Below are positions 10,843 through 20,919 of a DNA stretch of 64,000 nt, piece by piece; positions within the stretch are counted from its first letter, which is position 1, and every line of letters begins with the position of its first letter. The notes beneath the pieces were generated by a model. It was not told where the DNA came from. It saw nothing but the letters and a program-made list of their open reading frames with translations, and did no database searches. Origin of the DNA: an uncultured Actinomycetota bacterium (GTDB taxonomy: Bacteria > Actinomycetota > Actinomycetes > Propionibacteriales > Nocardioidaceae); contig CAVWFF010000036.1 in NCBI GenBank assembly GCA_963754145.1, forward strand, positions 1,399 through 65,398, in the 5' to 3' direction. The position numbers and the translations under genes are program-made.

Positions 10843-11170
10843 GTGCTCGACCCTAGTCCCGTCGTTGCCAGGCGAGGGGGTCGAACCGAGACGGTGCCGG
10901 GACACAGTCTCCGGGCTCTTCCACCCGAGGGGGATCCAGGCTGGGGAAGGTCTTTACTGCGCGGTTGGCTGGGGCGCACTCGTCGGATGGCGACTATGAC
11001 CGCCTCGTCGCATTCGGCCCACAGGGACCATGGTGCGCGGCCTGCGACCGCGAGCATGAGTACCGGGGCTCAGGCCGATGTGCGTCATAAGACCGATGCC
11101 CGGCCCTGGCGAACCCCGGCACGGTGAGCAGTGCGAATCCTCGCCAACCGTCTCAATCTTGGAGGAACCA

Positions 11171-12040
11171 ATGCACACATCGCGATCCATTCTCTCGAGG
11201 CGGCTGCTGGGCGCCGGAGCAGCCGCGGTCGTCCTGGCCGCCGCGTCGACAACGCCGGCGACCGCCGCCGGTGGCGACGACCCGCCAGAACAAGCCACCG
11301 GCTGGTACCTCGCGCTGGGCGATTCGCTGGCGACCGGATATCAGCCGGACCGCGGCGAGGATCGCTCGGGAGGCTACGTCGGCCCTGTCCTGGACGGGAT
11401 CCGCGCCGAACAGCCCAAGACGAAGCTGGTCAACCTGTCCTGCTACGGAGAGTCAACCGTGACCATGCGGGACGGGACCCACTGCTCCGGGGCCTACGAG
11501 GAGGGCAGCCAGCTCGCGGAGGCTGTGGAGTTCCTACATGCCCACCGGAGGACGACCCGCCTGGTCACGGTCACGCTCGGGTCGAACGACGTGACACCAT
11601 GCTTGTCGACGGCGGACATCAGGGCCTGCGCCGAGCGGCAGCTCCTCGTCGTCGACCACAACATGCGCTCCATCCTGGGTGCCCTGCATGACACCGCGCC
11701 GGATGTCCCGATCGTGGTCACCAACTACTACAACCCCTACCTCGCGCTGTTCTTCGACCCCTCCCGGCGAGCGCTGGTCCCTCTCACCAGCGCCCTGCAA
11801 GCCCAGCTGAACACCACCCTGTTCAACGCGACCGTCGCCGCGACCGGGGGAGAAGGGCGGGTCGCGGACGTGGCCACCGCCTTCAATTCCTACGACGGCA
11901 GCACCTCCACCGGCGGAGTGCCCCGGAACGTCGCCACGGTCTGCGCCTACACGTGGATGTGCAGCTGGAGTCCCCCGAACATTCACGCGACCAACCTGGG
12001 CTACCACGCCATGGCAGCTGCCGTCCTCGACCGCCTCTAA
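11171..12040 (+). CDS. Secreted SGNH/GDSL hydrolase
   Basis: GGAGG RBS, RR-containing signal peptide, 'YLALGDSLA', 'VTLGSND', 'NIHATNLGY'. Confidence 0.88.
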   Translation: MHTSRSILSRRLLGAGAAAVVLAAASTTPATAAGGDDPPEQATGWYLALGDSLATGYQPDRGEDRSGGYVGPVLDGIRAEQPKTKLVNLSCYGESTVTMRDGTHCSGAYEEGSQLAEAVEFLHAHRRTTRLVTVTLGSNDVTPCLSTADIRACAERQLLVVDHNMRSILGALHDTAPDVPIVVTNYYNPYLALFFDPSRRALVPLTSALQAQLNTTLFNATVAATGGEGRVADVATAFNSYDGSTSTGGVPRNVATVCAYTWMCSWSPPNIHATNLGYHAMAAAVLDRL

Positions 12041-12270
12041 GGACAGCCGACCATGAACAGTGACTGGGACCTCGATAGGCGCCGGCAGCTGCGCAACCTG
12101 ACCGCGTCGGCGTTTGCTTCCACCGGCGCCGAGCGGACCGGTGCCTCGCCGGAGGACCAGTACCGCACGTCGCGCCCCCGTCGTACAGACTGACTTCTCG
12201 CAGCAGGTCTGCTCCACGTCCGGGCAGTCGGAAGTCGATACCGCTGGTTCTGGCGGCAACGGTCCTGCTC

Positions 12271-12903
12271 GTGAGCGGGTGCGGGCAGGAAGGCGACGCC
12301 GGCTCTTCCCCTTCGCCGAGAACCTCGCTCCCAGCCACCTCCGCGACACCACACAAGGCCACCGATTCTCAGCCCTCGAACGCCACACCCACCCGCGGCG
12401 CTGCCCGGGCAATGGGAGTCGACACGGCGCAGTGGCCAGGCACTCTTGCAGCGGCCAAACCACTGTTCGCACGTATGCCACGCGAGATCGCCGGCATGGC
12501 CGCGCATCACCCGGACTACGCCGGCAACTCGGCGGGAGTGGTATATGGCCCCAGCGCCAACGGTGCTGAGGCGTACGTGATGGGCACCGACAACGAAGTC
12601 AAGGACCCCACCGCGGTCTTGTCCTTCATGTTCGGGATGGGCTTCGCATGCAAGAAGGGCAGCTACGCCGGGACAGCTCCGCCCTCACGCTACGGCGGAG
12701 GACCCGACATCGATTTTGGCGGAGTCTATGACCCGAAGAAACAGGCCTGGTGGTTCACCTGCACCATCGACGGCACCGAGGGAGATCCGACGTTCACCGG
12801 GCACGCTCTCGGGTGGGTCAGCGGCGACCTCGCCTGGCTGGTGACCACTCCCGACGAGACCACCACCCAGACCCTCGTCACCGCAATGCTCGCCGCGGGG
12901 TAG
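12271..12903 (+). CDS. Hypothetical lipoprotein (true start probably slightly upstream)
   Basis: Lipobox-like 'VLLVSGC', Pro/Ser/Thr linker, and a globular domain with two Cys. Confidence 0.55.
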   Translation: MSGCGQEGDAGSSPSPRTSLPATSATPHKATDSQPSNATPTRGAARAMGVDTAQWPGTLAAAKPLFARMPREIAGMAAHHPDYAGNSAGVVYGPSANGAEAYVMGTDNEVKDPTAVLSFMFGMGFACKKGSYAGTAPPSRYGGGPDIDFGGVYDPKKQAWWFTCTIDGTEGDPTFTGHALGWVSGDLAWLVTTPDETTTQTLVTAMLAAG

Positions 12904-12948
12904 CCGCATGAACCGCCTCGGCGTCAGCCACGGACATACGGTGGCTTC

Positions 12949-13968
12949 ATGAGTGCGCGCGGCTGGGTCGTCAGCCTGGAGCGAGCCTGGGACGTGGCTC
13001 GGCTTCGACGGGCCAGCTCGCGCCCGCCTGCCCACTTTCGGGTCGAGCCGTACATCGGGCACGGCGGCCCCGAGGGGGTGGTGGTACGTGGCCGAGTGCT
13101 GGACGACCCGCTGCCTTCTGCGGCGGTCGAGAGTGAGGGGGTCGGTGCCGCGATACGTCGCACGCTGCGGAACTTCGTGACCGACGAGCTGCCCGGCGTG
13201 CCGCTGCGAGTGGCCGTCGCGGACGCGGAGGTCGTGATCGCCACCGATGCGGAGGGCTACTTCCTCGCCAGCCTCCGCCCGGACCCCGACAAGCTCTCAA
13301 GGCCGTGGACCAGCGGCACAGTCGAGCTTGATGGTGAGTACCGGGGGTTGCCCGGCCCGTACACCACGCCGGTGGAGGTGCGGGTGCCAGAACTGAACGC
13401 GAGGTTCGGGATCCTCTCTGACATCGACGACACGATCCTCGAGACCGGTGTTCAGCGGGTCGGTCATATGATTCGCCAGACGTTCACTGGGTCCGCTCTC
13501 ACGCGGACCGCATTCCCGGGAGCACCGGAGCTGTACCGCGACCTCGCGGCCGGAGTGAACCCGATCTTCTACGTCTCCTCGAGCCCGTGGAACCTGCATG
13601 CCTTCCTGGTGGCGTTTCTGCGGCACCGCGGATTCCCGACGGGGCCGGTGTTGCTGCGCGACCTACTCGGCACTGCCGCGGGCCGCGAGCAGAAGACCGG
13701 CCGCATCGGCGAGATCCTCGACCTCCACCCTGGACTGCCCTTCGTCCTCATCGGCGACTCCGGGGAGAAGGACCCCGAGATCTACGCGGACATTGTCCGG
13801 GCATACCCAGGGCGAATACTGGCGGTCTACATCCGCGAAGTGCGGCTCGACCCGGGGGACGGTCGCGTCGAGAAAGTCTCCGGAGCGTGGGACCAGGACG
13901 TACCGTTCGTGCTCGCGGCCGACAGCGACGCCATACGCAGGCACGCCACCGAGCTCGGCCTGCTTTGA
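12949..13968 (+). CDS. App1-family phosphatidate phosphatase (DUF2183)
   Basis: 'ILSDIDDTI', 'FYVSSSPWNL', 'FVLIGDSGEKDPEIY', 'ILAVYIR'. Confidence 0.88.
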   Translation: MSARGWVVSLERAWDVARLRRASSRPPAHFRVEPYIGHGGPEGVVVRGRVLDDPLPSAAVESEGVGAAIRRTLRNFVTDELPGVPLRVAVADAEVVIATDAEGYFLASLRPDPDKLSRPWTSGTVELDGEYRGLPGPYTTPVEVRVPELNARFGILSDIDDTILETGVQRVGHMIRQTFTGSALTRTAFPGAPELYRDLAAGVNPIFYVSSSPWNLHAFLVAFLRHRGFPTGPVLLRDLLGTAAGREQKTGRIGEILDLHPGLPFVLIGDSGEKDPEIYADIVRAYPGRILAVYIREVRLDPGDGRVEKVSGAWDQDVPFVLAADSDAIRRHATELGLL

Positions 13969-14249
13969 GCCCGCCCCAAATTTGGTCGGTCGCCCAACGA
14001 AGTCAGCGTGCAGCACTCGCCTATGGTGCTCCCAGGCCCCCGGCGTCGCAGGCGTCGTCGGCGCCTGCATCGTCGTGTTCTGGGTGCGCGCGGCGTCCGG
14101 TCCATCAGATGACCTAGACAGCTCAGAAACCCATGCAGGGAACGGTGTGTGCTCTCTCAGGCTCGCTCGGCCACCCACGGATCAGCCAGGAAAGTCCGAA
14201 AATTCCGGAAAAGGGCTAGTTTGGACGGCAATCAGGCAGGAGTAGAGAC

Positions 14250-14725
14250 ATGGCCCCCCCGATTGTCCCCACCCGACGACAGATATTCGCGATGGCAGGT
14301 GGGGGTGCGCTGGTCGCAGCCCTTCCCTCTGTGGCAGAGGCAGTCGACCACCGGTCCAGTCACCCTGGACGAGTTCATGGAACTGAGCGAGGCACTCACC
14401 GACAACGAGTTCAGCCTCCGCGACGAGGTCGGCGCGCAGTACCTGGCCGCACTCGACCCGGCCGACATCCAGAAGCTGGTCCAGGCCACCGTCCGGGCAG
14501 GCGACCCGAAGACGTTCAACGCGATTCTCGCCTCCGGTGCTCTCAACGATCCGCGGAACGCGGCCACCGCCCAGCAGGTCCTCGTGTACTGGTACTCCGG
14601 GCTGGTCGGTGACCGGACCGCTGACTACCTCGAAGCGCTGGCCTGGGAGTCCCACGGACGGAGACCTTGCCGTGGTGTCCTCCACCCCGCTCGGGTTCCC
14701 CGACTGGGAGAGGAAGCCGTCATGA
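14250..14725 (+). CDS. Tat-exported small (gamma) subunit of FAD-dependent sugar dehydrogenase, 2 indels
   Basis: Tat signal 'PTRRQIF...AEA', 'LDEFMELSEALT', 'VLVYWYSGLVG...YLEALAW', tail 'LGFPDWERKPS'. Its stop overlaps the GMC ATG (ATGA). Confidence 0.75.
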
Positions 14726-16367
14726 TCCGCACCGATGTGGTCGTGGTCGGCTCCGGTGTCGCCGGGGCGCTGGTGGCCTTCCAGCTCGCCAAGGCCGGAG
14801 TGAAGGTGACCATCCTGGAGGCCGGTCCGCCGGTCGACCGGGACGAGGCGGTGGAGGTGTTCCGGGCAGCGACCGCGAAGGTCCCAGAGTCGCCCTACCC
14901 GAACACGGCCTGGGCTCCGCACCCCACCGTGCTGGAGATCGGAGTTACCCGGAACCGGCTACTTCATCCAGGACGGCCCGGACCCGTTCGGCTCCACCTA
15001 CGAGCGGATCGTCGGCGGCACCACCTGGCACTGGCTCGGCACCACCCCGCGGCTGCTGCCCAGCGACTTCCGGATGAAGACCCTGTTCGGGGTCGGCGTG
15101 AACTGGCCGATCAGCTATGCCGACCTGGAGCCGTGGTACGTCAAGGCCGAGTACGCGATCGGCGTGGCCGGGGACAGCGCCAACGACCAGGGCTCGCCCC
15201 GGTCGAAGGGCTTCCCGATGCCGAGGGTGCCCACCTCGTACCTGGACTCGGTGATCGACAAGGCGGCCCGCACCATCGGACTGAAGGTCGAGTCGACCCC
15301 GCAGGCCCGGAACACCGAGACCTTCAACGACCGGCACCACTGCGTCGGCAACTCCAACTGCATCCCGATCTGCCCGATCGGGGCGAAGTACGACGCGCTG
15401 ATCCACCTGGACCAGGCCGCCGAGCACGGAGCCAAGCTGATCCCGGACGCGGTCGTGCACGACATCCTGCTCAACACCGACGGCACCGCGCGTGGTGTGG
15501 TCTACCGGCGTCCCAACGGCACCGACGAGACGGTGCTGGCCCGTGCCGTGGTGATGGCGGCGAACGCCATCGAGACCCCGAAGATCATGCTCAACGCCAA
15601 CGGCGGTCACGGTGTTGGCAACTCCTCGGACCAGGTGGGCCGGAACCTGATGGACCACCCGATCCAGCTGTCGTACGCACTGTCCGGGCAGCCGGTGTTC
15701 GGCCAGCGGGGGCCACTTTCCACCGCCGGGATCGAGTCCACCCGGCAGTCCGGTCGGCGCGACCTGCGCTCGGCGTTCCGGGTCGAGGTCGGCAACGACG
15801 GCTGGAAGTTCCCGATCGGCGACCCCACCTTCGAGTTCACCGCCCAGCCGGACGGCGAAGCCGTTCGTGGGTCTCCGTCAGGGCGGTGCCGAGCTGGCGC
15901 GGCGTTGGCGCGACCATGTGTCCAGGGAGTTCCGGTTCGGCTCGCTGATGGAGCAGCTGCCGAACCCGGAGAACCGGATCGTCCCGGCGTTCGACCGCCG
16001 GGACGCTATCGGCATCCCCAGGCCGCGGATCGCGTTCACCATCGGCTCGTACGTACGAGAAGGGATGAAGGTGGCCACCGCGCTGCACGAGCGGCTGTTC
16101 ACGGCGCTGAACGCCACCGACCGGACCCACGTCGGGTTCCCGTTCGGTGCCGGTCACATGATGGGCACCACGGCGATGGGCAACGACCCGCACACCTCGG
16201 TCACCGACGCCTTCGGGCGGTCCCACGACATTCGGAACCTGTACGTGGCCGGGTCGTCGCTGTTCCCCACGGTCGGCACCGCCAACCCGACCCTGACCCT
16301 GGCGGCGCTCGCGCTGCGCACGGCCGACCGGCTGCGGAAGGATCTGCCGTCCCTGCCGGTCGTCTGA
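14722..16367 (+). CDS. GMC oxidoreductase, FAD-glucose/sorbitol dehydrogenase large-subunit type with [3Fe-4S] Cys motif, 2 indels
   Basis: 'DVVVVGSGVAG', 'VGGTTWHW', 'WPISYADLEPWY', 'CVGNSNCIPICPIGAKY', 'VGRNLMDHP', 'HMMGTTAMG', 'GTANPTLTLAALALR'. Confidence 0.9.
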
Positions 16368-16647
16368 GGCTGGTCGGCAGGCGGTGAGCTTGAGACAAGC
16401 ACACCGGCCCCCGTGCCCGAGTGAGCACAGCTGGGATGGTCGGAAAAGTGCAGGAACGACGCATGTCCAAGGTGACAGGGCTCGGAGAAGCGCATGACCA
16501 CCAACTACCCGCGATCGAGGACCTCGACCTCGACCTCAGAGTGACAACCAGAAGCAACCGAGAACCATCGCCCGCCGACGTCGTCCTCACGAACCGCCAG
16601 CCGCTTGTCGGCCATGAGGGGGCGATCCTGGGTGCCAGAATCGGAGC

Positions 16648-17454
16648 GTGCCCCTGGATGGACTGCATGACGAACGGGATCGGGCCGCGTCGTTCGGCTC
16701 AGCAGCCGAGCTGTACGACCGGTATCGGCCGGGATATCCCTCAGCTCTGATCGATGCGTTGATGTCGGGACGACCGTCGAGTGCCCTTGACGTGGGATGC
16801 GGGACCGGAAAGGTCGCCAGTGCCCTCATGGGGCGCGGACTGCCTGTGCTGGGCGTGGAGCCCGACGGGCGCATGGCGGAAGTGGCCCGGCGTCACCAGG
16901 TGCCCGTCGAGGTCGCCTCCTTCGAGTCCTGGGAGCCAGCTGGACGAACATACGACTTGTTGACCGCAGGGCACTCCTGGCACTGGGTCGATCCGGCGAT
17001 CGGGCTGGCCAAGGCAGCCTCGGTAGTCGTCCCCGGCGGGACGGTCGCACTCTTCTGGAACTACCACGTCGTAGAGCAGGCCCAGCTTGCGGACTTTGAA
17101 GCTGTGTATCGCGTCCACGCGCCGGAGCTGACCGCCGTGGGGCGGGATCCGACCGGTTCACAGGACACCGATCCGTTCGAGGGCAGTGCCGATTTCCGCT
17201 CTCTCGGTAACGCCACCTACCGCTGGCCGCGCGTGCTGGACGCAGACGGATGGACATCGATGCTCGCGACCTTCAGCGACCACGCACGACTGGAGGAGCC
17301 GCGACTCAGCGCGCTACAGAGGGCGCTGCGCAAGGCCATCGACCGTGCCGGTGGACTGGTCCGAAGCGAGTGCGGCACCTACGTGTGGACGGCGCGGAGG
17401 GCTGGCAAGCCTGCGGATCCGACCGATGACTTCTGCCCGACTACGAAGTCGTAG
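16648..17454 (+). CDS. Class I SAM-dependent methyltransferase
   Basis: 'RAASFGSAAELYDRYRPGYP', 'LDVGCGTG', 'SWHWVDP', 'PGGTVALFWN'. Confidence 0.9.
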   Translation: MPLDGLHDERDRAASFGSAAELYDRYRPGYPSALIDALMSGRPSSALDVGCGTGKVASALMGRGLPVLGVEPDGRMAEVARRHQVPVEVASFESWEPAGRTYDLLTAGHSWHWVDPAIGLAKAASVVVPGGTVALFWNYHVVEQAQLADFEAVYRVHAPELTAVGRDPTGSQDTDPFEGSADFRSLGNATYRWPRVLDADGWTSMLATFSDHARLEEPRLSALQRALRKAIDRAGGLVRSECGTYVWTARRAGKPADPTDDFCPTTKS

Positions 17455-17500
17455 TGATAGCCGCCCACCGGCGCACCAACATCGAGGGAGACGAGCAAGC

Positions 17501-17578
17501 ATGGCGAGGTTCATGACCATCGTGTACGGCGACTGCGCCGGCTACGAGGCAACCGCACAAGCTGGCGGAAATGGGTGA
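17501..17578 (+). pseudogene. Probable truncated YciI-family 5' remnant
   Basis: RBS followed by 'MARFMTIVYGDCAGYEAT', which resembles YciI N-termini (from recall). It stops after 25 codons. Confidence 0.35.
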
Positions 17579-18242
17579 CCCACGATCTCCAAAGGCTGAG
17601 GGAGCCCGAACCGGGGTCTCGCCGCCGACCGTCACCCCGGTGCTGGTGGCGGAGCTGCTAGCTGAGGGCGAGCGGATGCCGGTCTACGTGCATGTGATCG
17701 ACCATCCGGACGCGCGCGTGCTCGTCGACACCGGCATGACGCAGCTTCACCCGGCGGTGGCCGACATGGATCCACGCGTGATCCCACTGAGCGCGCAGGC
17801 CGACTTCGACCTGGCCAGCATCGACATCGTTGTCAACACACACCTGCACTTCGACCACTGTGGCGGCAACCACCTGTTCACCGGCAGGCCGATCTACGTT
17901 CAGCGCCGGGAGCTCGACGACGCGCGTAGCGAGGACGACTACACGATCCGCGAGTGGGTCGATGCGCCCGGCGTGCACTACGTACCCGTCGACGGCGCGC
18001 TCGAGTTGCTGCCGGGGCTCCGGCTCGTCCCGGCGCCAGGCCACACACGAGGCTCCCAGGTGGTCGTCGTCGAGCAGGGCGGGCGTGCAGTCGTCGTCGG
18101 CGGCGACATGGCTGTCTTCTTCGCCGAGCTCGACGAGCCGCGCACCGAGGGCCAGCGACTGGTCCGCGCCCTTCACCCTCAGGAGGTCTGGCTCTCGCAC
18201 GAGCACGAGCCGTGGCGGCCGCAGGTTGACCAGGACGGCTGA
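17571..18242 (+). CDS. Metallo-beta-lactamase fold hydrolase (AHL-lactonase-like)
   Basis: 'VLVDTG', 'VNTHLHFDHCGGN' (HxHxDH), 'APGHTRGSQ', 'GGD', 'WLSHE'. Confidence 0.85.
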   Translation: MGDPRSPKAEGARTGVSPPTVTPVLVAELLAEGERMPVYVHVIDHPDARVLVDTGMTQLHPAVADMDPRVIPLSAQADFDLASIDIVVNTHLHFDHCGGNHLFTGRPIYVQRRELDDARSEDDYTIREWVDAPGVHYVPVDGALELLPGLRLVPAPGHTRGSQVVVVEQGGRAVVVGGDMAVFFAELDEPRTEGQRLVRALHPQEVWLSHEHEPWRPQVDQDG

Positions 18243-18283
18243 CGCAGCACGACGCGAGCGCCTGGCGGTGGACCGACTCGCGC

Positions 18284-18720
18284 TCAGCCCTTCTTCAACT
18301 CCTCGGCGAGCATCACGATGATGTCACTGGGGCCGCGGACGTAGGTGAGCTTGTAGACGTCTCGTAGGTGGCCACACCGCGCAGCGGGTGACAGCCGTGT
18401 CTCGCGGCGATGCTCAGGGCCTCGTCGATGTCGTCAACCGAGAAGGCGACGCGGTGCATGCCGATCTCGTTGGGCCGGGTGGGCTGCGTCTCGATCGCGT
18501 CGGGGTGGATGTACTCGAAGAGCTCGAGGCGACCGTTGCCGTCCGGCGTCTGGAGCATTGCGATGTTGGCATGGTTGCCGTCGAGGCCGACGGCGGTGTC
18601 GGTCCACTCGCCACTGACCGTGTCGCGGCCGAGGATGGTCAGGCCGAGGTCGGTGAAGAAGGCGATTGCGGCTTCGAGGTCGCGTACGGCGATACCGACG
18701 TTCTCGAGTTTGATCGGCAT
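18284..18720 (-). CDS. VOC/glyoxalase family protein (3' indel)
   Basis: 'LENVGIAVRDLEAAIAFFTDLG', 'RLELFEY', 'GMHRVAFSVDDID'. The other frame ends 'YKLTYVRGPSDIIVMLAEELKKG*'. Confidence 0.88.
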
Positions 18721-18737
18721 GCGCAGCACGCTACCGA

Positions 18738-20141
18738 CTACCTGAAGCAGTAGGAGTCGGAAGAGGCGTCTCCGCCCTGCAGGCGGACCTGGTGCACACG
18801 GCGACCGCGGAACTCGTCCCCATGCGGGAAGAACCGATGGTCCACGCTCATGCCCCCTCTGGGGTCGATGTCGAGCTTGGCCATCCAGGCGCCGACGCCG
18901 TCGGGATGGAACTGGTCGTCCCAGGAGCCGTACAGCGAGTTGGTGAAGTAGACCCGGCTTCCGTCGCGACTTACCTCGACCATCTGCGGGCCGCCGGCCA
19001 GTGCCTGGTCCGGTGCCGACGGGTGCGGTGTCCGACGGACGATCCCGCCGAGGTGCACCGAGCCGACTTCGCGTGGCCGAGCCGGATCCGAGACGTCGTA
19101 CTGCTTCAGCTCACCGGTACCCCAGCATGAGACGTAGAGGAAGCGGTCGTCGACCGACAGGTCGATGTCGGTGATCAGCGGCGGAACGGCTCCGAACGGC
19201 TTGAGGGCGGGAGGCAGGAGGTCGGCGTCGGCCGGTTCGGCGGGGATCGAGATCACCTTGTCCGCGCGCCACTGGTCGCCGTCGCGGTGCCACCGAAAGA
19301 CCGACGCGGAGAGGTCCTCGGTGGAAACCACCACACCGACGAAGCCCCAGGTGGCCTCAGGGTCGTGGGAGGGCCGCAGCTCCAGCGGCATCTGGTGCTC
19401 GGCACCGAGGTCCACGTGCTGTACATGCGTGCCGGCCGCCAAGTCCCAGAAGTGGAGCGAGTGGCCGTACTTCTTCCCGAGCAGTAGATCGGGAACCAGG
19501 CCGTCCTCGATCATCGCCGGTGTGCCCCACTCACTGCTGATCAGCGTGTTCTGCCTCAGGTGCCACCAGGCGTCATAGGCGAGGTACTGCGGCCCGCGCT
19601 CCTTCTCCCAGGCGCCGATGACGTCGAAGGTGCTGTGGTCCAGCAGCGCGATGCCGCCCGGGCCGGCGTCGCCCTCCGACGCACCCAGGCAGGTCATGAA
19701 CACTCCCTCGGGCCCGCAGTGCAAGGTGTGCGGGCGGGAGTATCCGGCCTTCTCTGCAAGGTCGGCAGCCAAGATCGTCTTGTGCAGCGTGGGCTGTCTC
19801 GGATCGGCCGCGGTATCGAAGACGTAGACGTTCGACGAACGGATTCCCGGGACCAGCAGGAATCGACGCGCGAGGCCGGACATGTCGTGGCCTTCGTGCA
19901 TCAACGCACTGCTGCAGGCGTTCCAACCGAAATGGTGGAACTCGTCGCCGAGAGCCGGCGAGTCCACCCAACCAACGACCCGGCCGTAGTCCTCGGAGCT
20001 CGGGTCCACGTCGAGCACCGTCAGCGCGTCGGGCTGGTTGCCAGCGCGGTCAAAGGCCACCACGTAGGCCAGTCGCTCGGCTGGGGCGGAAGCGGCCTCA
20101 CTCGCGCTGCGGTAGAAGGTCGGATCCAGCACGTCGCTCAT
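18738..20141 (-). CDS. Selenium-binding protein SBP56/SELENBP1 family (methanethiol oxidase-like)
   Basis: 'DEFHHFGWNACSS', 'YSRPHTLHC', 'SSEWG', 'LITDIDLSVDDRFLYVSCW', 'GGPQMVEVSRDG', 'TNSLYGSWDDQF', 'GGDASSDSYC'. Confidence 0.92.
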   Translation of the reverse strand: MSDVLDPTFYRSASEAASAPAERLAYVVAFDRAGNQPDALTVLDVDPSSEDYGRVVGWVDSPALGDEFHHFGWNACSSALMHEGHDMSGLARRFLLVPGIRSSNVYVFDTAADPRQPTLHKTILAADLAEKAGYSRPHTLHCGPEGVFMTCLGASEGDAGPGGIALLDHSTFDVIGAWEKERGPQYLAYDAWWHLRQNTLISSEWGTPAMIEDGLVPDLLLGKKYGHSLHFWDLAAGTHVQHVDLGAEHQMPLELRPSHDPEATWGFVGVVVSTEDLSASVFRWHRDGDQWRADKVISIPAEPADADLLPPALKPFGAVPPLITDIDLSVDDRFLYVSCWGTGELKQYDVSDPARPREVGSVHLGGIVRRTPHPSAPDQALAGGPQMVEVSRDGSRVYFTNSLYGSWDDQFHPDGVGAWMAKLDIDPRGGMSVDHRFFPHGDEFRGRRVHQVRLQGGDASSDSYCFR

Positions 20142-20298
20142 ACGATCACCTCGATCCGACCGTAGGACCACGCCTCACACCCTGGCAACGTGTCGCCCAT
20201 GCGACATCACGTGCGACGCGAGAGAGATCGATGCAACGACGTCAGTACCGAAGGTGGTTCGCGGCCCTCGCGGTCGACCTCGCCTTCGCCGACCTCGG

Positions 20299-20679
20299 TC
20301 AGCCGATGACGGTCTTGCCGCGCTCGTAGCGGAAGGTCACCTTCTGGCCGGTGGCGGCGTTGCTGAACCGCAGCTCGACGCGGCTGTTCGTTCCCGCGCC
20401 GTTGGACTTCACGACGTAGGTCCAACCCTTGGCGACGACCACCCAGGCCAGCCTCAGCCCGGGGCCCGAGACGCGGATGCCGACGCAGCCGGCGTCACCG
20501 GCGTAGTTGACGGCCACGTTGGGGTCGGCCGGGGCGACCTGGGTGCAGTCCAGGGCGTCCGTTGTTGGGACAGGGTCCGGCGAACCTCCCTGCGCCGTGG
20601 CAGGTCCGGCCAGCCCGATGAGGGACGCGACGGTGACAGCGGAGACGAGCGCCGATGCTCGAACAGATGTGCGGGACAT
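20299..20679 (-). CDS. Small secreted hypothetical protein
   Basis: Signal peptide ending 'GPATA', two Cys, beta-rich tail 'GWTYVVKSNG...RVELRFSN...FRYERGKT'. Confidence 0.6.
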   Translation of the reverse strand: MSRTSVRASALVSAVTVASLIGLAGPATAQGGSPDPVPTTDALDCTQVAPADPNVAVNYAGDAGCVGIRVSGPGLRLAWVVVAKGWTYVVKSNGAGTNSRVELRFSNAATGQKVTFRYERGKTVIG

Positions 20680-20884
20680 GATGACTCCAAGTGGCTGTGG
20701 GGGTGCCCGGTTGTGGGCCTGCATGAAGCATCAGCGAGGTGTGGTCTGTTGCGCACTCGAACCATGGTCGTAGTACCCGCCGCCGGCGGTACGTCGCCGG
20801 AGACGGGCTGGGACGTCACGGCGCAATGGGCCACTCCGCATCGAGCACAACGAAACTGGATACTCGTACGTGGTCGTCGCCTTG

Positions 20885-20912
20885 TTGACGGAGTGCTAAA
20901 TTTCCGTATGGT
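20885..20912 (+). promoter_or_regulatory. Sigma70-type promoter for a probably leaderless tetR transcript, with overlapping ACGGA/TCCGT inverted repeat
   Basis: TTGACG-16 nt-TATGGT, with ATG at 20920. Confidence 0.5.
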
Positions 20913-20919
20913 GGCCCCG

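Noticed and set aside
18738-20141. Selenoprotein recoding in SBP56
   Set aside because: There is no in-frame TGA. The family name does not imply selenocysteine.
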